Notes: generated from the sequence alone by a model not told the origin. Numbered from the stretch's first letter, positions 1 to 17,000 are shown. The stretch: 64,000 nucleotides of DNA from Cyanophora paradoxa CCMP329 (GCA_004431415.1 QPMI01000615.1:1-64000), one strand, 5' to 3'. Numbers and translations are program-made.

Positions 1-1034
1 GCGCGGCCGCCGCAGGTGGACGCGCTGAGTAAGGGTCTGGAGAGCCTTGGGGTCCCCCCCGGGCTGGTCGTGCCCGACGAGCTGGCGCGGGGGCGGCCCC
101 TCTCGGGGCAGCTCCTCCTCACCGCCCTATTCGGCCTCTCGTCGGGCCTCCCGAGCGTCGCGCAGACGGCGCGCCCTGTCCTCACCAAACTCCTCGAGGA
201 CGTCGATGCCCTCGACAGCGCGCTCCCTCCCCACTCCGTCCTTCTCTCCCCATCTGAACCTCTTCCGTCGCAGAGCGCTGGACAAATTTGTTCCACCGAA
301 ACACGGTGGCGGCGCCGGCGGCGATGCCGGCCGCCGGGGCGCAGCTTTCGCGGGCGGGGCCGGGGCAGACTCATCAACGGGAGAAGCCGGGCGTGGCGAC
401 AGCAGGGAGCGGGAGCTCAGCCGCCCCGCCCGGCGGCATGGTGGACGTCGACGAGGCGCCGCCCCCCCCCCTCCCCCCCTTTCCCCCCTCCCCCCCCTTT
501 CCCCCCCTTTCCCCCCCCCCCCCCCCCCCCTCCATCTCTCGAACACTAATTGAGTGCAGGTTGCGGCGGCGTACAACGCGTCGCTGAAAATGCGGCAGCG
601 GGTACAAGAGTTGGCAGACCAGCTGACGGCTGTGCGTGAAGCGCACGCCGCCATCGTTGCAGCTATGCAGCGGTAGCCACTCCCCTTTGAATGAATCCCC
701 AGAAATCCCAGATCCTTTTTTTTCGCGTCTGACCCTTTCTCAGCGAAGCGCGTTCCATCCTCGAGGAGCGTATACACACTGTGCGCTGCCCGCTGGCCCC
801 AGAGCCTCCCCTCCTTGCGCCCACTCGCCCGACATCCGGTGCCAGACGGCGATGGAGGCGAAACATGCAGAGCAGCTTGCAGCCGCCGCCGCGACGCTCA
901 AAAGCGGGGCGTCCATTCGAAGAATCCTGCGGCCCCAGACGGTCGCCGAGGATGAGGACGAGGATGAAGAGGACGCAGCAGGGGGCCAGAGCCCTGGCGA
1001 CAGCACCCATGGGGGAAAGGGCGGCGCGCGATGA
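1..1034 (+). CDS. 3' part of an unidentified intron-containing gene
   Basis: Coding-like segments (VDALSKGLESLG..., VAAAYNASLKMRQRVQELADQL..., AMEAKHAEQLAAAAATLKSG...GGAR*) separated by intron-like stretches; no family recognised. Confidence 0.4.
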
Positions 1035-1179
1035 GCCTCGGAGAGTTTTGTAGATGGCATTTTCAGAATTGATGCACTGCCAGGACTGGCATGAATACTC
1101 TATATTCAAACTCTTTCAAAGCACTGCGCGGCATGGGCGCCTAGCCATAGGGCATCTTCGAATTCTTGGAGATCTACCG

Positions 1180-1990
1180 TAGTGCAGCTGGACTCGGCGG
1201 GGACGAACTTCGATTCATATGATCATCGCGATCGGATTTCGCCAAGTACTAGTCAATTTCGATTTGGCCGAACGGGCGTATCTATAGCTATAGCTATAGA
1301 CGCGGGATGCCATGATGTACTACCGGGGTACCGTAGTACTACGGTACTTCCGAAGTTCGTTTGATATCCGAATTTCGATTTCAGAACTTGTAACGTTAAC
1401 TTCGAATTCATGATCATCGGATCAATTGCAATGCTTGCAAGTTGGCTGAGCAGCTACTAGGCTAGCCCGGCCGCTGACTCAGTAACTAGTAAGCCCTGGA
1501 CGGGACTCACTTATTAGTAAGCGGGCCCAGCCTGGCAGGGAGTCTGAGTTGGACCGTCGGACTTCCGAGCTCGAGGCTTCGATGCCATGATGCTGTTTAT
1601 ATAACTTAAACTTGGTAATTCAATGCCATGTGATGATTATCATAGTATATGATATGGATATCGATACTCAGTGATCATCGGATCATGACTAGTACTATCG
1701 ATATCAATTTGCAAGCTTAAGTTGCCAGTTGATTGCCAAGCTCAGCGGCTTATATTAAGTTGGACGGCCGCGGGGGCCCGGGGTTCACTAGTACTGAGTC
1801 AATTTTGCAAGCTTAAGGTTGGCCAGTGCACGTGATATCGATATCCGAGTAGTATCGATGGGCCGCCAGGCCGGGGGATCATTAACACGTGCATGGCCTC
1901 GCGATCGCGCGGTGGGCCCACCCCACCGGCCACAGTCGGCTGGCGCCACAGTCGGCTGGCGCCACAAGCCGGGTCTAATAATCGATGTCT
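1180..1990. repeat. Low-complexity spacer built of short palindromes (GATC, AGCT, CATG, TATA)
   Basis: Dense self-complementary 4-9-mers; the same texture occurs at ~27750-28000, 31590-31840, 35540-36330 and 56000-56420. Confidence 0.7.
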
Positions 1991-2002
1991 GGGTGGTCAG
2001 TC

Positions 2003-2021
2003 CGCAGGCTGACTCCATGTC

Positions 2022-2056
<35 letters not shown>

Positions 2057-2331
2057 TAGGCCTGGGCTCGTAAGGGCTCCCGCCACCGCCCCGAGACGGT
2101 TCCCGCCACTACAAGACGCGATGCAGCACCACGCCGTGCATGCGGGCACATGTAGCTATTTAGCTAGCTAGAGTGTCCGCGGGGAGGCGCATTACGCATT
2201 ACTCTCCTTAGGGGGCCTCGCAGGGCCCGGCTGGCCAGCTCGCTGGTGGGCTGGGCCCGCGGCCGCGGCGGCCGCAGTGTACATCTCACACTTGTAGCCC
2301 GGACTTGCGGTTTGAATTCGTGTCCAAATGC
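2003..2331 (+). mobile_element. Dispersed repeat family B (sharp end ...GTCCAAATGC), partial copy
   Basis: Aligns by eye with 17974-18362, 23560-23805 and the reverse complement of 56454-56777. Confidence 0.8.
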
Positions 2332-2419
2332 AAGCTGACATCATGTGTCTATACGCCGCATCGCGCACCGAACGAGGAAGCGAGCTCCTGTCAGAACGAA
2401 CTCTGGCGATCTTCTTAAA

Positions 2420-3178
2420 CTAAGACTCCTCCTGAGAGCTAATTAGTTGTGGAGAAGAGGGAAAGAAATCGAGATGGACCTCAAGATTAATTGCGTTGCC
2501 AAACTTTCCGTAGAGTGTTTTCTTGAGCTCTTCCATCTTTGATTTCGCTGAGGCAATACTGTCCACCAGAGTGTCAACTTGGCCTTGCACCTGCTTGGCA
2601 GCTGGGACGCAATACACAGCAACAATGATGTAATATGACTGCGAACTCTTTCTTTTGACTTGTCCACAAGCTCTTGAGCTACGGAGGCTTTGACGTCCAC
2701 GAAAGCCTCCCCCATTTGATATCTAAACAGCATGCCGGTTTACAGGATGTACCAACGACAGCGACTCAAACTCACTTTACTATGTCATCGTCATCGCACA
2801 TCATAAGGTCGCTGCTTGCGTCCTCCAAATTCTGCAGCTCATCCTGCAGTGACGTTCGAATCCAGGATAGCAGCACAGACCGAGGTGCACGATTACCTTC
2901 TTCGCCTTCAACTCGTCCTCGAGCTCGTGGAAGCGCTGATTTAACCTGCGTGGCCACGCGAAGCGCGGCTTAGGCGCAAGCCCGCCCTAGACGCGGGCTC
3001 GCGTACCTGTTGAACGCGTTAATGTTTTGCTGGTCTTGCCTCGTCACTTCGGGGTCGGCCTGCTGGCCGGACTGCGCGAGGGAGCAGGTTCAGCCGACGG
3101 AGCGACCAGCGCCAAGCGCGCCGAGCGCGCGCTGAGCGCCCAGCGCAGACTCGCCTTCTGCATCTTTGCGTTCAGCAT
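2420..3178 (-). CDS. PFDN4: Prefoldin subunit 4, multi-exon
   Basis: Spliced peptides EVTRQDQQNINAFNR, DELQNLEDASSDLMM, YQMGEAFV and LKKTLYGKFGNAINLE-EES*; first intron is GC-AG (3072-3154). Confidence 0.88.
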
Positions 3179-3304
3179 GACTCGGATGGGCGGCCTACAC
3201 ACAGCCCTGTGACAGCTGGGCACGGGACTGTCGGGAGTCGGGAGTCGGGACAGCCCAGGGGGTACAGCGTCGCAACTTCTTCTTAGCGGAGACTCAGGCG
3301 CTCC

Positions 3305-4147
3305 ATGGATGTGGTTCGGCGCATCGTCGCGAGTGGCGATCTGAGCGGACTGGCAACAGCATGCGAATCGTACGAACTTCAGGTGCGCCCATGGGCGAGT
3401 CGCGTTGTGCCGTCGGCGCGGCACCGAATCTCCGAAGTGCGCAGAGTCCGTACACGCATCGGCCGACCTGCCGGATCCACTGTACGCGATCCAGCTCTGC
3501 GCGTACCTCATCGAGAATGACCTGTGCGCACTGGCACTGCACGAAGCGGTCCATGGGCTGAAGGCTCGTGCAGGAGCCGAGCGCGCTTCTTCTGGAAGAG
3601 AGCGACGGCCGCCAAGAAGTGCGGGGAGTTTGCGGCGATGTGGGTGGTGGCGCAGCATCTGTGGCGGAAGGACTACGCCCTGGCGCAGAGGGGGCTTGTA
3701 CAGGGGAGCTGGAGCGCGGAGCTGAGCCCGCTCGTTGTCGCCCTACAAGGTGCGACCTCCACGCTCATGTTGTTCGCAAGGTTTGACTCTATAGCAGAGT
3801 CTGTTCGAGGCCGGACTTGGGCACTTCTTGCTAAAGCGTACACGTCTCTGCTTCTGCAAAACTGTGCAGAGGCCCTGGGCCTGTCCCCCGCGCAAACCAT
3901 TACCTGTGCGTGTGTGCAGGATGCGTGAGTGCTCAGTGGTTCACTGACCCGTTCCAGTCTGCCAACAACGGGGCTGGGTGATGGACTCGACCGGGAAAGT
4001 GCTTCTTCCGGGCGGCGTGAAGAGCGAGCAGGCAAGGATCAGCGGACATCAGAGCATCGGTCCCCTGACAGAGTGAGTACTGTTGCAAAGCGTGATATTT
4101 TTTCTATCTAACTTGCTTCCAGCTATGTCGTGCACCTTGATTGCTGA
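3305..4147 (+). CDS. CSN8: COP9 signalosome subunit 8-like PCI protein
   Basis: CESYELQ, LYAIQLCAYLIENDL, ARFFWKR, WVVAQHLWRKDY, LLAKAYTSL and C-terminal LTDYVVHLDC*; divergent from PFDN4. Confidence 0.8.
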
Positions 4148-4761
4148 ATGTCCATCGGCTCTATGTTTCCTCACCTTGACATTGTATCAACGTCTAGTGC
4201 TTTTTCTTTTGGAGTCCTGCCTCCTCTGATTTGCCTCGGGACTAAGCCTTTCGGACATCGTGTGGAGCTCTGATATGGAAATAGCTGGAGGGTCTATCCT
4301 GGTGCTAGGTAGCAGACAAGAGATGCTGGACGATTAAACGACCTGCGGCTGTAGCTGTGCTCCGGCCTCGGAGGCGCTCTACAAGCTAAGTATGGCCCGC
4401 CATGTCGCCGGCGCGGCAGACACTGTGCTGGGGGCGCGCTCGACGGGAGCGTGCCTGGAAGGTCCGCCGGGCTTAGTGGGTCGGTGAGAAAGTGGTCGGG
4501 GAGGAAAGAGAGGGCGGGGGGGTCTGGGGGACATGGGGGCGAGGGGGTGGGACCAGGCCGGATGGGACCAGGGGGCGGGCCCACCGTCGGGAAAGGAGGG
4601 TCTGGCGGCGCGTTCTCGAGGTCTTCCAGCCGCCAGACGATCGTCTTCGCTTTCGCCGCGCCACTCAGGGACCTGTGGCGCGGAGAGGCGTGGAGCGCTA
4701 AAGGAGCGCTCGCCGCGCGCAGCAAACGCCAAGCTAGGCGACCAGTGATTAGCCGCGGCGC

Positions 4762-6780
<2,019 letters not shown>

Positions 6781-7509
6781 CAATTCAAGCAAATTAACGG
6801 CAGGGCTGGCAACGGCGAGGGCCGCACCTTCCTAGGTATAGCCCAAACAGGCATATAGAAATCACTCGATCCACTTCATGCACGATCCGCTAGGGTCCGC
6901 GGTGAGCCTGGCGCCGGCAGTGACTGCGAGGCCGGGCAACGCTACGGCGCAGTATAGAAACGAAACACAGTCTCGTCTGGACTCAGTTGCGTATACGGGA
7001 GCCGAGCTCGTTGGCTTTTAATACACTACATCTACAAGTACTTAAAGTCCCGGCCATTCCTCTTGTCAGTGGCAGCCTGCGCGGCGATTCGAGTGGCACT
7101 GAGAGCGGGGACCGGCACAGCGCGCACAGCAAACCGGTCGCACCTGGTCCGCGCGGGCCTGGATGTACAGAACGGCAGGGACAGCGACGGCGAAGATGAG
7201 GCCGAGCACGCTGTTCTTCGGCGTCATCTTGAAGGTCCTATGCGTGTTCTGCCGCAGCGTTAGCGAACGGGCGTTGTGGCCGCAGCGTGCGAGCGAGAAA
7301 CACACCTCCCGCATGTATGCCCACTCCTCAATCCATTGGTTCTTGTTGACACCCTGTGGCGGTCGTCAACGCAGAAGCGGCTTGCGGTCGGGCACCCAGA
7401 GCTATGCTTTCCATAGCAGAAAACGAGAATGCTCGGCAGCGACGCGGGCCGGCTCACCATTGCGGCGGAGAAAGGCCCGCGATCTGTACCCCCCCTGTTC
7501 GGGTACGTA

Positions 7510-7841
7510 CGCTTGTCGTCCTAATACCCTGCGTTTTTCGAGGGTGGTGGTACCCCCCCTGGGAGCGACCGGGGGGCGGGTGGGGGCGAGGCGTGCGGGG
7601 GTACGGGTGCGGGGAGGCACGGGGACGGGGGGTGATTGTGACGGGGACGCGCACTCGCCGGTTCGCCGCCGGTCCGACCACCGCCCGCGTCACGGGTGCC
7701 ACGGGAGTCACGGGAGTCACGCGTGGCGGTGGCGGGTCGGCGTACCCGTGGCGGGCCACGCCTGGCTCGACCCCCCCGCACGCCGGTCCCGGGGGGGTAC
7801 CGCCGACCCACGAAATCCCCAGGGTTCCGAGTTGACAAGCG
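7510..7841. mobile_element. MITE-like element with ~55-bp imperfect terminal inverted repeats
   Basis: CGCTTGTC...ACCCTGCGTTTTTCGAGGGTGGTGGTACCCCCCC at the left mirrors GGGGGGGTACCGCCGACCCACGAAATCCCCAGGGT...GACAAGCG at the right; no TSD seen. Confidence 0.55.
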
Positions 7842-8027
7842 CGCACTGCATGCAGCTGGCAGCCAGCTGCAGCTCAGCAGGCACTCCGGGCGCGCACGAG
7901 TCCAGACATCGTCGAAGCTATCGGGGCTCTCCGGCCTCATCACGTCCCGCAGCGAGATCAAGCTATTAATATTTGAATGAAAATGTGCCAAAAATGAATA
8001 TGAGAATGTGTCAAAAATGATTCTGAA

Positions 8028-8295
8028 GAGTTAACGTCAACGTTAACGTTGCGATTACGATCAGAATCAGAGTTGCGATTACGATCAGAATCAGAGTTGC
8101 GATTACGATCCGATGATCAGAATCAGAGTTGCGATTACGATCAGAATCAGAGTTAACGTCAACGTTGCGATTACGATCAGAATCAGAGTTGCGATTACGA
8201 TCAGAATCAGAGTTAACGTTAACGTTGCGATTACGATCAGAATCAGAGTTGCGATTACGATCAGAATCAGAGTTAACGTTAACGTTGCGATTACG
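8028..8295 (+). repeat. Tandem array of a 24-bp unit GAGTTGCGATTACGATCAGAATCA (some units carry an extra 12-nt AACGTT-type insert)
   Basis: About 8-9 units seen directly; related inverted array at 54517-54640. Confidence 0.9.
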
Positions 8296-8633
8296 ACGTC
8301 CAACTTTCGTCCAACTTTCGTCCAACTTTCGTGTTCGTTGTCGTGCCGCAGCGTCGCCCTCTCCCCCCTTCCCCCAAAGCCTCCTCTCTCTCTTCCCCAA
8401 AGCTTTAAAATTTCCCCCAAGCTTTCCGCTTTCGAGCCTCCTCTTCCGCTTGCGAGCTTCCGAAGTTGCTTTTCAAATTCCGCTTTCAAATTCGACTCGG
8501 CGAGCGCCCGCAGCCCGCTAGCAGCAATCAAAAAGACCCCCATCCTTCAGCTTCGTTGTCCAACCCCTAATCGTAATCGCAATGGCAATCAAAAGAGAGC
8601 CTTGGGGAACTTGAGCCTTGAAACAAGATTCAG

Positions 8634-10095
<1,462 letters not shown>

Positions 10096-10367
10096 AGACG
10101 ATCCAAAGCCGCAAACGCGCAAGTGTAAGCTCGTCCTGGATCGTTTCTCTCAACGCTCTCGCTAGCGCCTGCACAGCGCGCTGCGCTCGATCGCCGAATT
10201 CGAAGCCCCTGCAGGGCGGGGTGCGGATCCCGTCGCTGCTTCTTGTGCAGGTGCAAGAACAGACGCCGATCGCCGACGAACGCAATGCGGTGGAAGCCGC
10301 GAGAGTTGAGGACTCGAACGCGTACCCCGACTGGTCACAGCCCGTGACAGCCGCCGCACAGCGGCAA

Positions 10368-13300
10368 ATGGCGGGCTCCCAGGTCATTGGGAGCGGGCGC
10401 TCGATGACAGGTACAGCCGCTTTTTGCATCCGGCACGCCCGACCGACGCGCCCCTAGGGCCGATTTACCCGATGTGTCTGCGCTGGTCTCCCGACGAGAA
10501 CTTGATCGCCGTGGGTCTCTCCCATATCATCAACGTGCTGGTATGGTTCCATGCGCTCCGTGCGCCCCCTCCGTGCGCTCTGACGTTGCGGCGTGCGCGT
10601 CCTCAGGACCCGCACGAGCTTGGGAACCCGCGCGGAATCATCCGTGCGCCCGCGGACAAGAAGTTCTTCGAGGTCGGGAAGCCGGTCAAGGCTGGTTCGT
10701 CTCGATGAACGAACGTTTCGCGCGGATTTGAACGCGAGCGCACAGATCACTTCGACAACCAGTTACTCCCCGCGAATTTCGAGCGCAATACTGGCCTAAA
10801 AACTGCAACTCGTATCGCCTACCGCTCAATCGACTGGTCGCCGGCAGGCTGCGCCGCGGGTGGCGGGTCGGCCTTCGCACCCCGGGTCTAAAGCGCTAGC
10901 TAAGCTCTCCGCGCAGCTGTCTGCTTGTGGCTTGCACCACAGACTACCAGGTCCAAATCTTGGCGCCGCCTCCAAACCGCTGCACGTCCGAGTGGCGCCA
11001 GGCCCGTGCCATGCTATCTACTCCGCTGTTCGCCCCTACCTCACACCCTGCAAAGGTCGCAAACCTGTCCGATCAGCTCTACATGTACGTGATGCAGACG
11101 TGCTTCCGTGCCCCCCCAGCCCTCGCACACGGCGTCCCATCTTTCGCGTCTTTCGAGTGCGTCAACTCCGCCTTACCAGCCACTCCCCTTCTGACTCGCA
11201 GCAGCGTCTCGGCGATTCCCGAGGCTGAAGACAACGAGAACGACGACGGGAGGGACGGCAAAATGGGTGTCAAGCGGAAGCATAAGGACTATCTCAGTGT
11301 GTCGACAAAGCGCATTGGAAGGCCGAAGAAGACGGAGACCTCCATGTCTCTCATCCCCACAGGACCTGATAACGTGAACTACCAGGGGAAGCCGGACGAT
11401 GTCGTGCGAGCTCCCTCGACCCCCAAAACGTCGTGCTCCGATGGCGGCTGCAGGTTGCCGCTGATGAATTTGTGAGGAGACATGAGCTCGTTAGCCCCAC
11501 AAGTGCGCCATGCTCCCCCGCTTGGAGTGCTCGGAGGCGTGCTGACACTGCGTTCGCCTCCAGTGGCATGCTGGTCCCCCGTCTTCACGCCAGACCAGGC
11601 TTCCGTCCCTGAGCCACCTTTTGTGCTCCTGTGCATCGGATGCAAGAGCGGCACTCTGAACATCTTCCGGCACCGGCTACCTGGCCTTGAGTGCGACTGC
11701 AGAGCTGAGCCACTGCCGGTCACGCTCACTCTCTATGCAGTGAAGCTACGGGAAGCGTTGCTTCGGCACCAAAGCTTGTAACCACCTTTGCAAGCGAGTG
11801 CTCCTGGGTCGCGTCAGCAGGATGGTCGCCATCCATCGGGCCCCACGGAGGTGAGCAGGCACGCCCGCCAAACTGTGCCGGATCTGCTGATGGGACGCTA
11901 CAGAAGCCCTTCACGACGCAGCATTGCTTGCAGTCGGCGGGGCAGATGGCTCTGTCCGAGTGTACCACTTCTGTGCAGCTCTAGGGGCAACGGCTGGGGC
12001 ACAGGATGGCAGCCAAGGCGCAGGCCTCCTTGTGACGTTCTCCTCTTTAGTGTGCGAAGCCGAAGCATCTCCTGTCTCTGTCACGACCTGGGCGGCACCA
12101 AGCGTTGGCCAGGTCCGCCCTCACCCCCTTCCTCAAAGGTTGGCTCAGCAACAAGCTTGCCTGGCGCAGCGGCCACTGCTTGCGATAGCGAAAGGTATGA
12201 GCGTCGCTCTCTGGGAAGGTGACGTCTCTGGACCAGGGCCCATCCCCACGTCCCGTCAATGCTGTACCCACAACGCCCATGATCGCCAAGTTACTGGTGC
12301 ATCATGTTTCGATCTGATTTTTTGGGAGCTTGCAACTCACACCGTCGTGCAGGAGTCGTTTTTGGAAAGGAGCGAACAACAATCTACACATGTGGGCTCG
12401 ATGGGAGTGTGCGGCTCTGGTTTGTGCAGGGCAGCAGGGCCGTGGAGGGTGCTGAGCCCCTGGCTCTCGAGCTTCTCGGGCACCTTGTTAGTGGTGGCCA
12501 TTCTCAGGGTATTTACGGCCTTGGGATCTCTAACAACGCCGCACTCCTGGCCTACTGCCGCGAGTGCGCCTTTTAGACGATGCAATCTCCCTCCACTGTC
12601 TCTAACTTGCAACTTCTCAGGAAAGTGCCGTCTGGGAAGAGACGCATGTATGAGACGAGGCAGCGAACAGGCCATGTTATTGTATTGAACTGTGCAAGTG
12701 GGTGCGAAGTTCCCTGCCCTTTCCTTTTACGAGGGCTCATGTTGGCTCCAGGCCAGCAGACCACATTGACCGGTTGCACCAATACGTTGTTTCCTCACTG
12801 CATGGCTTGGCCGGTTCGTCTGCTTCACACTTGCCTGCAATCCACGTTGAGATCCGATCCAGGGTCTGACTCTCCACTGTATGTGTGGGACGTTGTCGAC
12901 GTTCTAAACTCGCATCGGGCTGAGGACCGTGACGATTTAATACGATCTGTTGCTGATGCCCTCGAAACCTCGTATTTCACCCCTGGGTTCGTCACTGCAT
13001 GCTTTCTCTATCTGCTCTGCCTTATGCAGCTCAGTGCACACGTCACACGCGAATCTGCTCGCATGCTACGCATCGCAACACAGATCCGTCGTCATGCAAA
13101 GGTGTGGCACACTTCTGTGACCTTCTGGCACTCGTTTTGACGTGCGTTTGAAGATGACCCTTGACGACAGCATACAGCTTAACAGGGCAAATCTGACCCA
13201 GAATGTCCTTGAGCTGCAGCGCCTGCATTGTTGTGCAGTACTTGGGGCACGACCACCCACTATCCTGATGGGTGTGCCAGTGGAGGAACAGCAGTCCGCC

Positions 13301-13866
13301 CTTCTGATGGCAGACTGGCTTGCGTGGTATGCGGCTGCTCGACCTGATTGCACGGAGCTCTCGGCGTCTGTCTATGCAGTTCTCGATCCAGCACATGCTC
13401 ACATTCTACCCCAGGTCTCAACCCCCTCTGCTGTGCCCCACAGCTTGCTAAGAGATCCTCCACACAGGTCGTAGCGATTCGCCAGCAAGTCGAAGCTGGT
13501 ATGAACCCTGCAGATCTTGCAACTGCAGAAGGCCGTCGGCGTCGGGTGGCGCAACTTTCTGTCTCGGGCGTTCCGGCAGCTGCCTCCGGCCTCCCACTGC
13601 GGGATTCCTGCCCCTTCTGTGGCAGCCATCTAACAGTTGCTGACACGGCGTGTGCGCAAGGGCATCCAGTGGGTCCGTCTTTGTCATTTTTTGACCAGCT
13701 TGAGGTCTTTCCTTTGACACTGTTTCCCTGTGCCTCAGCTCGATGTTTACTCACCTTGAACATTGTCTCAACATCTAGGGCTTTTCGCTGTCAAGGTTGT
13801 GCGGGTAATGCTCTCCGAAGTTCGCCCTGCCCCCTCTGTGATTTGCCCCTGTCGAGATCTTTGTAG
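10368..13866 (+). CDS. WD40 protein with C-terminal Cys-rich zinc finger, TFIIIC90/GTF3C4-like
   Basis: LRWSPDENLIAV, LAVGGADGSVRVY, IYTCGLDGSVRLW WD-like blades; terminal CPFC...CAQGH...RCLLT...CQGC...CPLC pattern resembles zf-TFIIIC. Confidence 0.65.
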
Positions 13867-14067
13867 TTGATCAAATATTCATCGTGTGAGATTCATCATG
13901 CGTATGCTCTTCCAAGAGCAGTTCCAAGACCTCCGCCTGCGGTACGCACCGCTATAGCCAAGCACCGCGCTCTATATATAGCTATATCAACCCCGATTCG
14001 ACTAAAATAAATTTTGTGACGTCCACACACGTTTGTGTACAGAGGTGGGTACGTGAATTCGAAAGTG

Positions 14068-17000
14068 ATGCCGCTCGAGGTCGGGCGGAGGCTAAGCGAA
14101 GAGGAGTTGCGCTTGATACTTGAAGAGGATGTGGAGCCCGAGGTGCTCGTCAGCGATGACGAGGGCGACGCCGATAGCGTGCGTCCGCGCGCGCTTCGAG
14201 CGCGCGCGGCTATGCAGCCGCTGCTGCGTGTTTATCGCTTGATCTTGTTGCCGCAGCTGGAACCGACCGCGGTTCTCGGTGCCGCAGTCGAAAGCGCACC
14301 GCCCGCGCCTGAAGTCAAGGGATCATCAGAAGCCCTCGGTCAGGCAGCCAGTGGGAAGTTTTTCGAAGAGGAAGAGATGTACGATCCTTCTGCCGTTGAG
14401 GGTTACGACGCCCCCGTCGCCTGGGCCAACCCCGCCAGCTCTTCACCGCAGCCGGGCGCAGTGCCGGTCGATCTCGATCGCGCGGCGTTGAACCTCTTCG
14501 AGCGCAAGCTTGGCGAGGACGGCCACGGCGGTGCAAGGCCTTCGCACCTTGGGCAAGCCCTGGAAGATGCTCCGGTGCATAGGCGGTCTCCGAGCCCTGC
14601 TCGCAGCTCGAGCTCTTCAAGCAGCAGCGAACGCTCCGGAGGCAGGTACTGTGATCGCAGTCGCAGCCGCAGTCGCAGCCGCAGCCGCAGCCGCAGCCGC
14701 AGCCGCAGCCGCAGCCGCAGCCGCAGCCGCAGTCGCAGCTGTAGCCCCAGTCGCAGCCGGAGCCGTAGTCCCAGCCAGAGCGAATCCTCTTCCAAGAGCG
14801 GAAGCGACGACTCGCCCCAGAGCATTGAGGGCGGGAAGTACGATAGAGCAGGTCAAGAAGCGGATGACAACAGCAAAGCTGTCGGAGGAGCTAGCGCTGG
14901 AGTGGAGGCCCCTGATAACGATTTTTTGGATTACGAGGATTCGAGTTCACAGAGCTCAGCACGTGATGGAGTGGATGACAGTGGTGACGATGTGGAAACT
15001 GGACTGGAAAACGCTTCAACAAGACATAAAGAATCGACAGCAGGGCGTGACATCCATCGTGAGGCTGTTGCGCACGTCAATCCGGAAGTGATATGGGAAG
15101 GACTTCTTGAAATAGAGCGGATTCAACCGCCAGTGTCGCATGCAGGGTAAGGGGTTGGATATATCAATCTATCATCCGATCTTCCTTTTCATGAACTTCA
15201 TTTCTTGTCAGACATCAGTCACGGATGCCGCACCGCCCTGAAATCCGGGGTGTTTTGAGGGCAACATGCAATGCTGGGAGGCGGGTCCGAAAAGAGATCG
15301 TGGTTCCCTTCTCAGTCCTTCGCAGGTGGCTTTTTATAGTGCAGAACCCAATTTTGAATTACTGTGCATATGTATGCATTTCTGCCACTCACAGTTTTTC
15401 AGATACGGCCTACAGAAGGGGATGTCGATTGAGGGGGTTGTTTCTCCAAAGACGTTTTCTGGCAAGCCATGCTTGGTCATGGACCTTATTCTCACTGTCG
15501 ATGGAGCACCTGCGAAATCCGTGAACAACTTCCGGACAAACTCCTACAGTGGCAAGAACTTCCATTCTGCTCACGTGTCTGATCTTATTTGCTTACGTGC
15601 TCTTGCAGGTACAGGTTATTCAAATGCAGCTGGACCTGGCCGGCCAGCTCGCTACGAAGGAGAACGCCAACAGCGGGACTCCAGTGATCGTCCTGTTGAA
15701 AGCGCACCCAACAGGCGTGGGATCATAGTTCTGAGCTACGAAAACCTGGGCAACCCGAACATAAAGCTTCGATTTGCGCAAGTGGAGGAAAGCAGCTGGA
15801 TAGGACGAGTTCAGCTCGATGATCTTTCCAGTCGCGAACCTGAGCCTGGCAGCTCGTCCAAACCAACTCATGGCCTTCTTCTGGATGTTGTAGTTGGCTC
15901 CCGCAGGTTGCCAGATGCCAAGGTCCATGTTCCAAGATCGCTCGTGGAACAGTATCGTCTGCAATCAGGCGATGAACTTGAGGGCATCGTGTTTTGCAAT
16001 CTACGAGACCCTGAACGGCCCCTGGCTGTGTGTGCCATCCTGTCTGTCAACAACAGGAACGGCCCTTCCAGCCCAAGTCCGCCCAATGATGCGCTGTTCT
16101 GCATCTTGAGCTGATATGGATGCAGACACATGGAATCGGCGGCTTGCATTGCAAACGTTTTATGACTGGTGTGGACTTTCTGTGCCATCATCAGCGCCAG
16201 CAGACATGCATGATGTTCAGAGGCGAGGGCCATTTGCCCTGCAGCCAGCTGAGGACAGGTGCGTCTTACCACCGCATGCAATTTCGTGCTCTGGAGGAAA
16301 TTCTCCGTGATCATGGGAGCTACTAGGTACCGACCTCGGAATCACGAAGTCGAGGGGAGATTGTATCAAGCTGGGGAACGTGCCATGGATTTGGCGCGAG
16401 GTGCTCGAGGAGGTGCACACTACAGCGGCCCTCGCCGATATCCGGCTGGAAAGGATGGCATGGGTCGTTCGACACACGGACTTCCGAATCAGTCTTCTCA
16501 GCCAGGCTTGTTGGGCGAGAATCCCGATGCACATGCGGCGGCTTCTCTCATGCATCCATCAATTGGATCGCATAACCAACAGTCCTTCACGATCAGACAT
16601 TCCCCTGGCCTGGTGTCACAGCATGTGGGCGCCCAACCAGCTGCTGGGGCTGGCATTCCCATGTACCCGATTGCTGGAGGACCTGGGCGATTCGCCCAGC
16701 AGATGCAGAACAACGGGATTAATGCTTCTTTAAAATATCCAGCACCAAGTCCACAAGCTCAACTTTCTGGGCCTAATGTTTCAGGTGCTGTCACTGGACA
16801 GCGTGATGCAGCGCCTGTGGTGGCTCAGCATGAACCACCACTTCAAAAGCCCGTGATCCAGGCAGTGCACAGATTCGAGACCCACCAAGATCTTCCAATG
16901 TCTACAGCACAGTCTATGGGAAGATCTGCCAACCCAACAGCACCATCTGCTGCATCTTCTCCTACTTCTGGAACAGCCAAGCCACATGCCACAAAACCTT

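Noticed and set aside
460-530. Long poly-C/poly-G runs (also 2024-2056, 40876-40961, 61131-61152)
   Set aside because: Homopolymer lengths are unreliable and no function can be supported
4235-4400. Possible U1 snRNA (ATACTTAGCTTG on minus strand) or hammerhead ribozyme
   Set aside because: Does not match ATACTTACCTG and no Sm site or complete catalytic core was found; part is a dispersed repeat also at ~35832
8028-8295. CRISPR-like array
   Set aside because: No unique spacers, eukaryotic context and no cas genes; it is a tandem minisatellite
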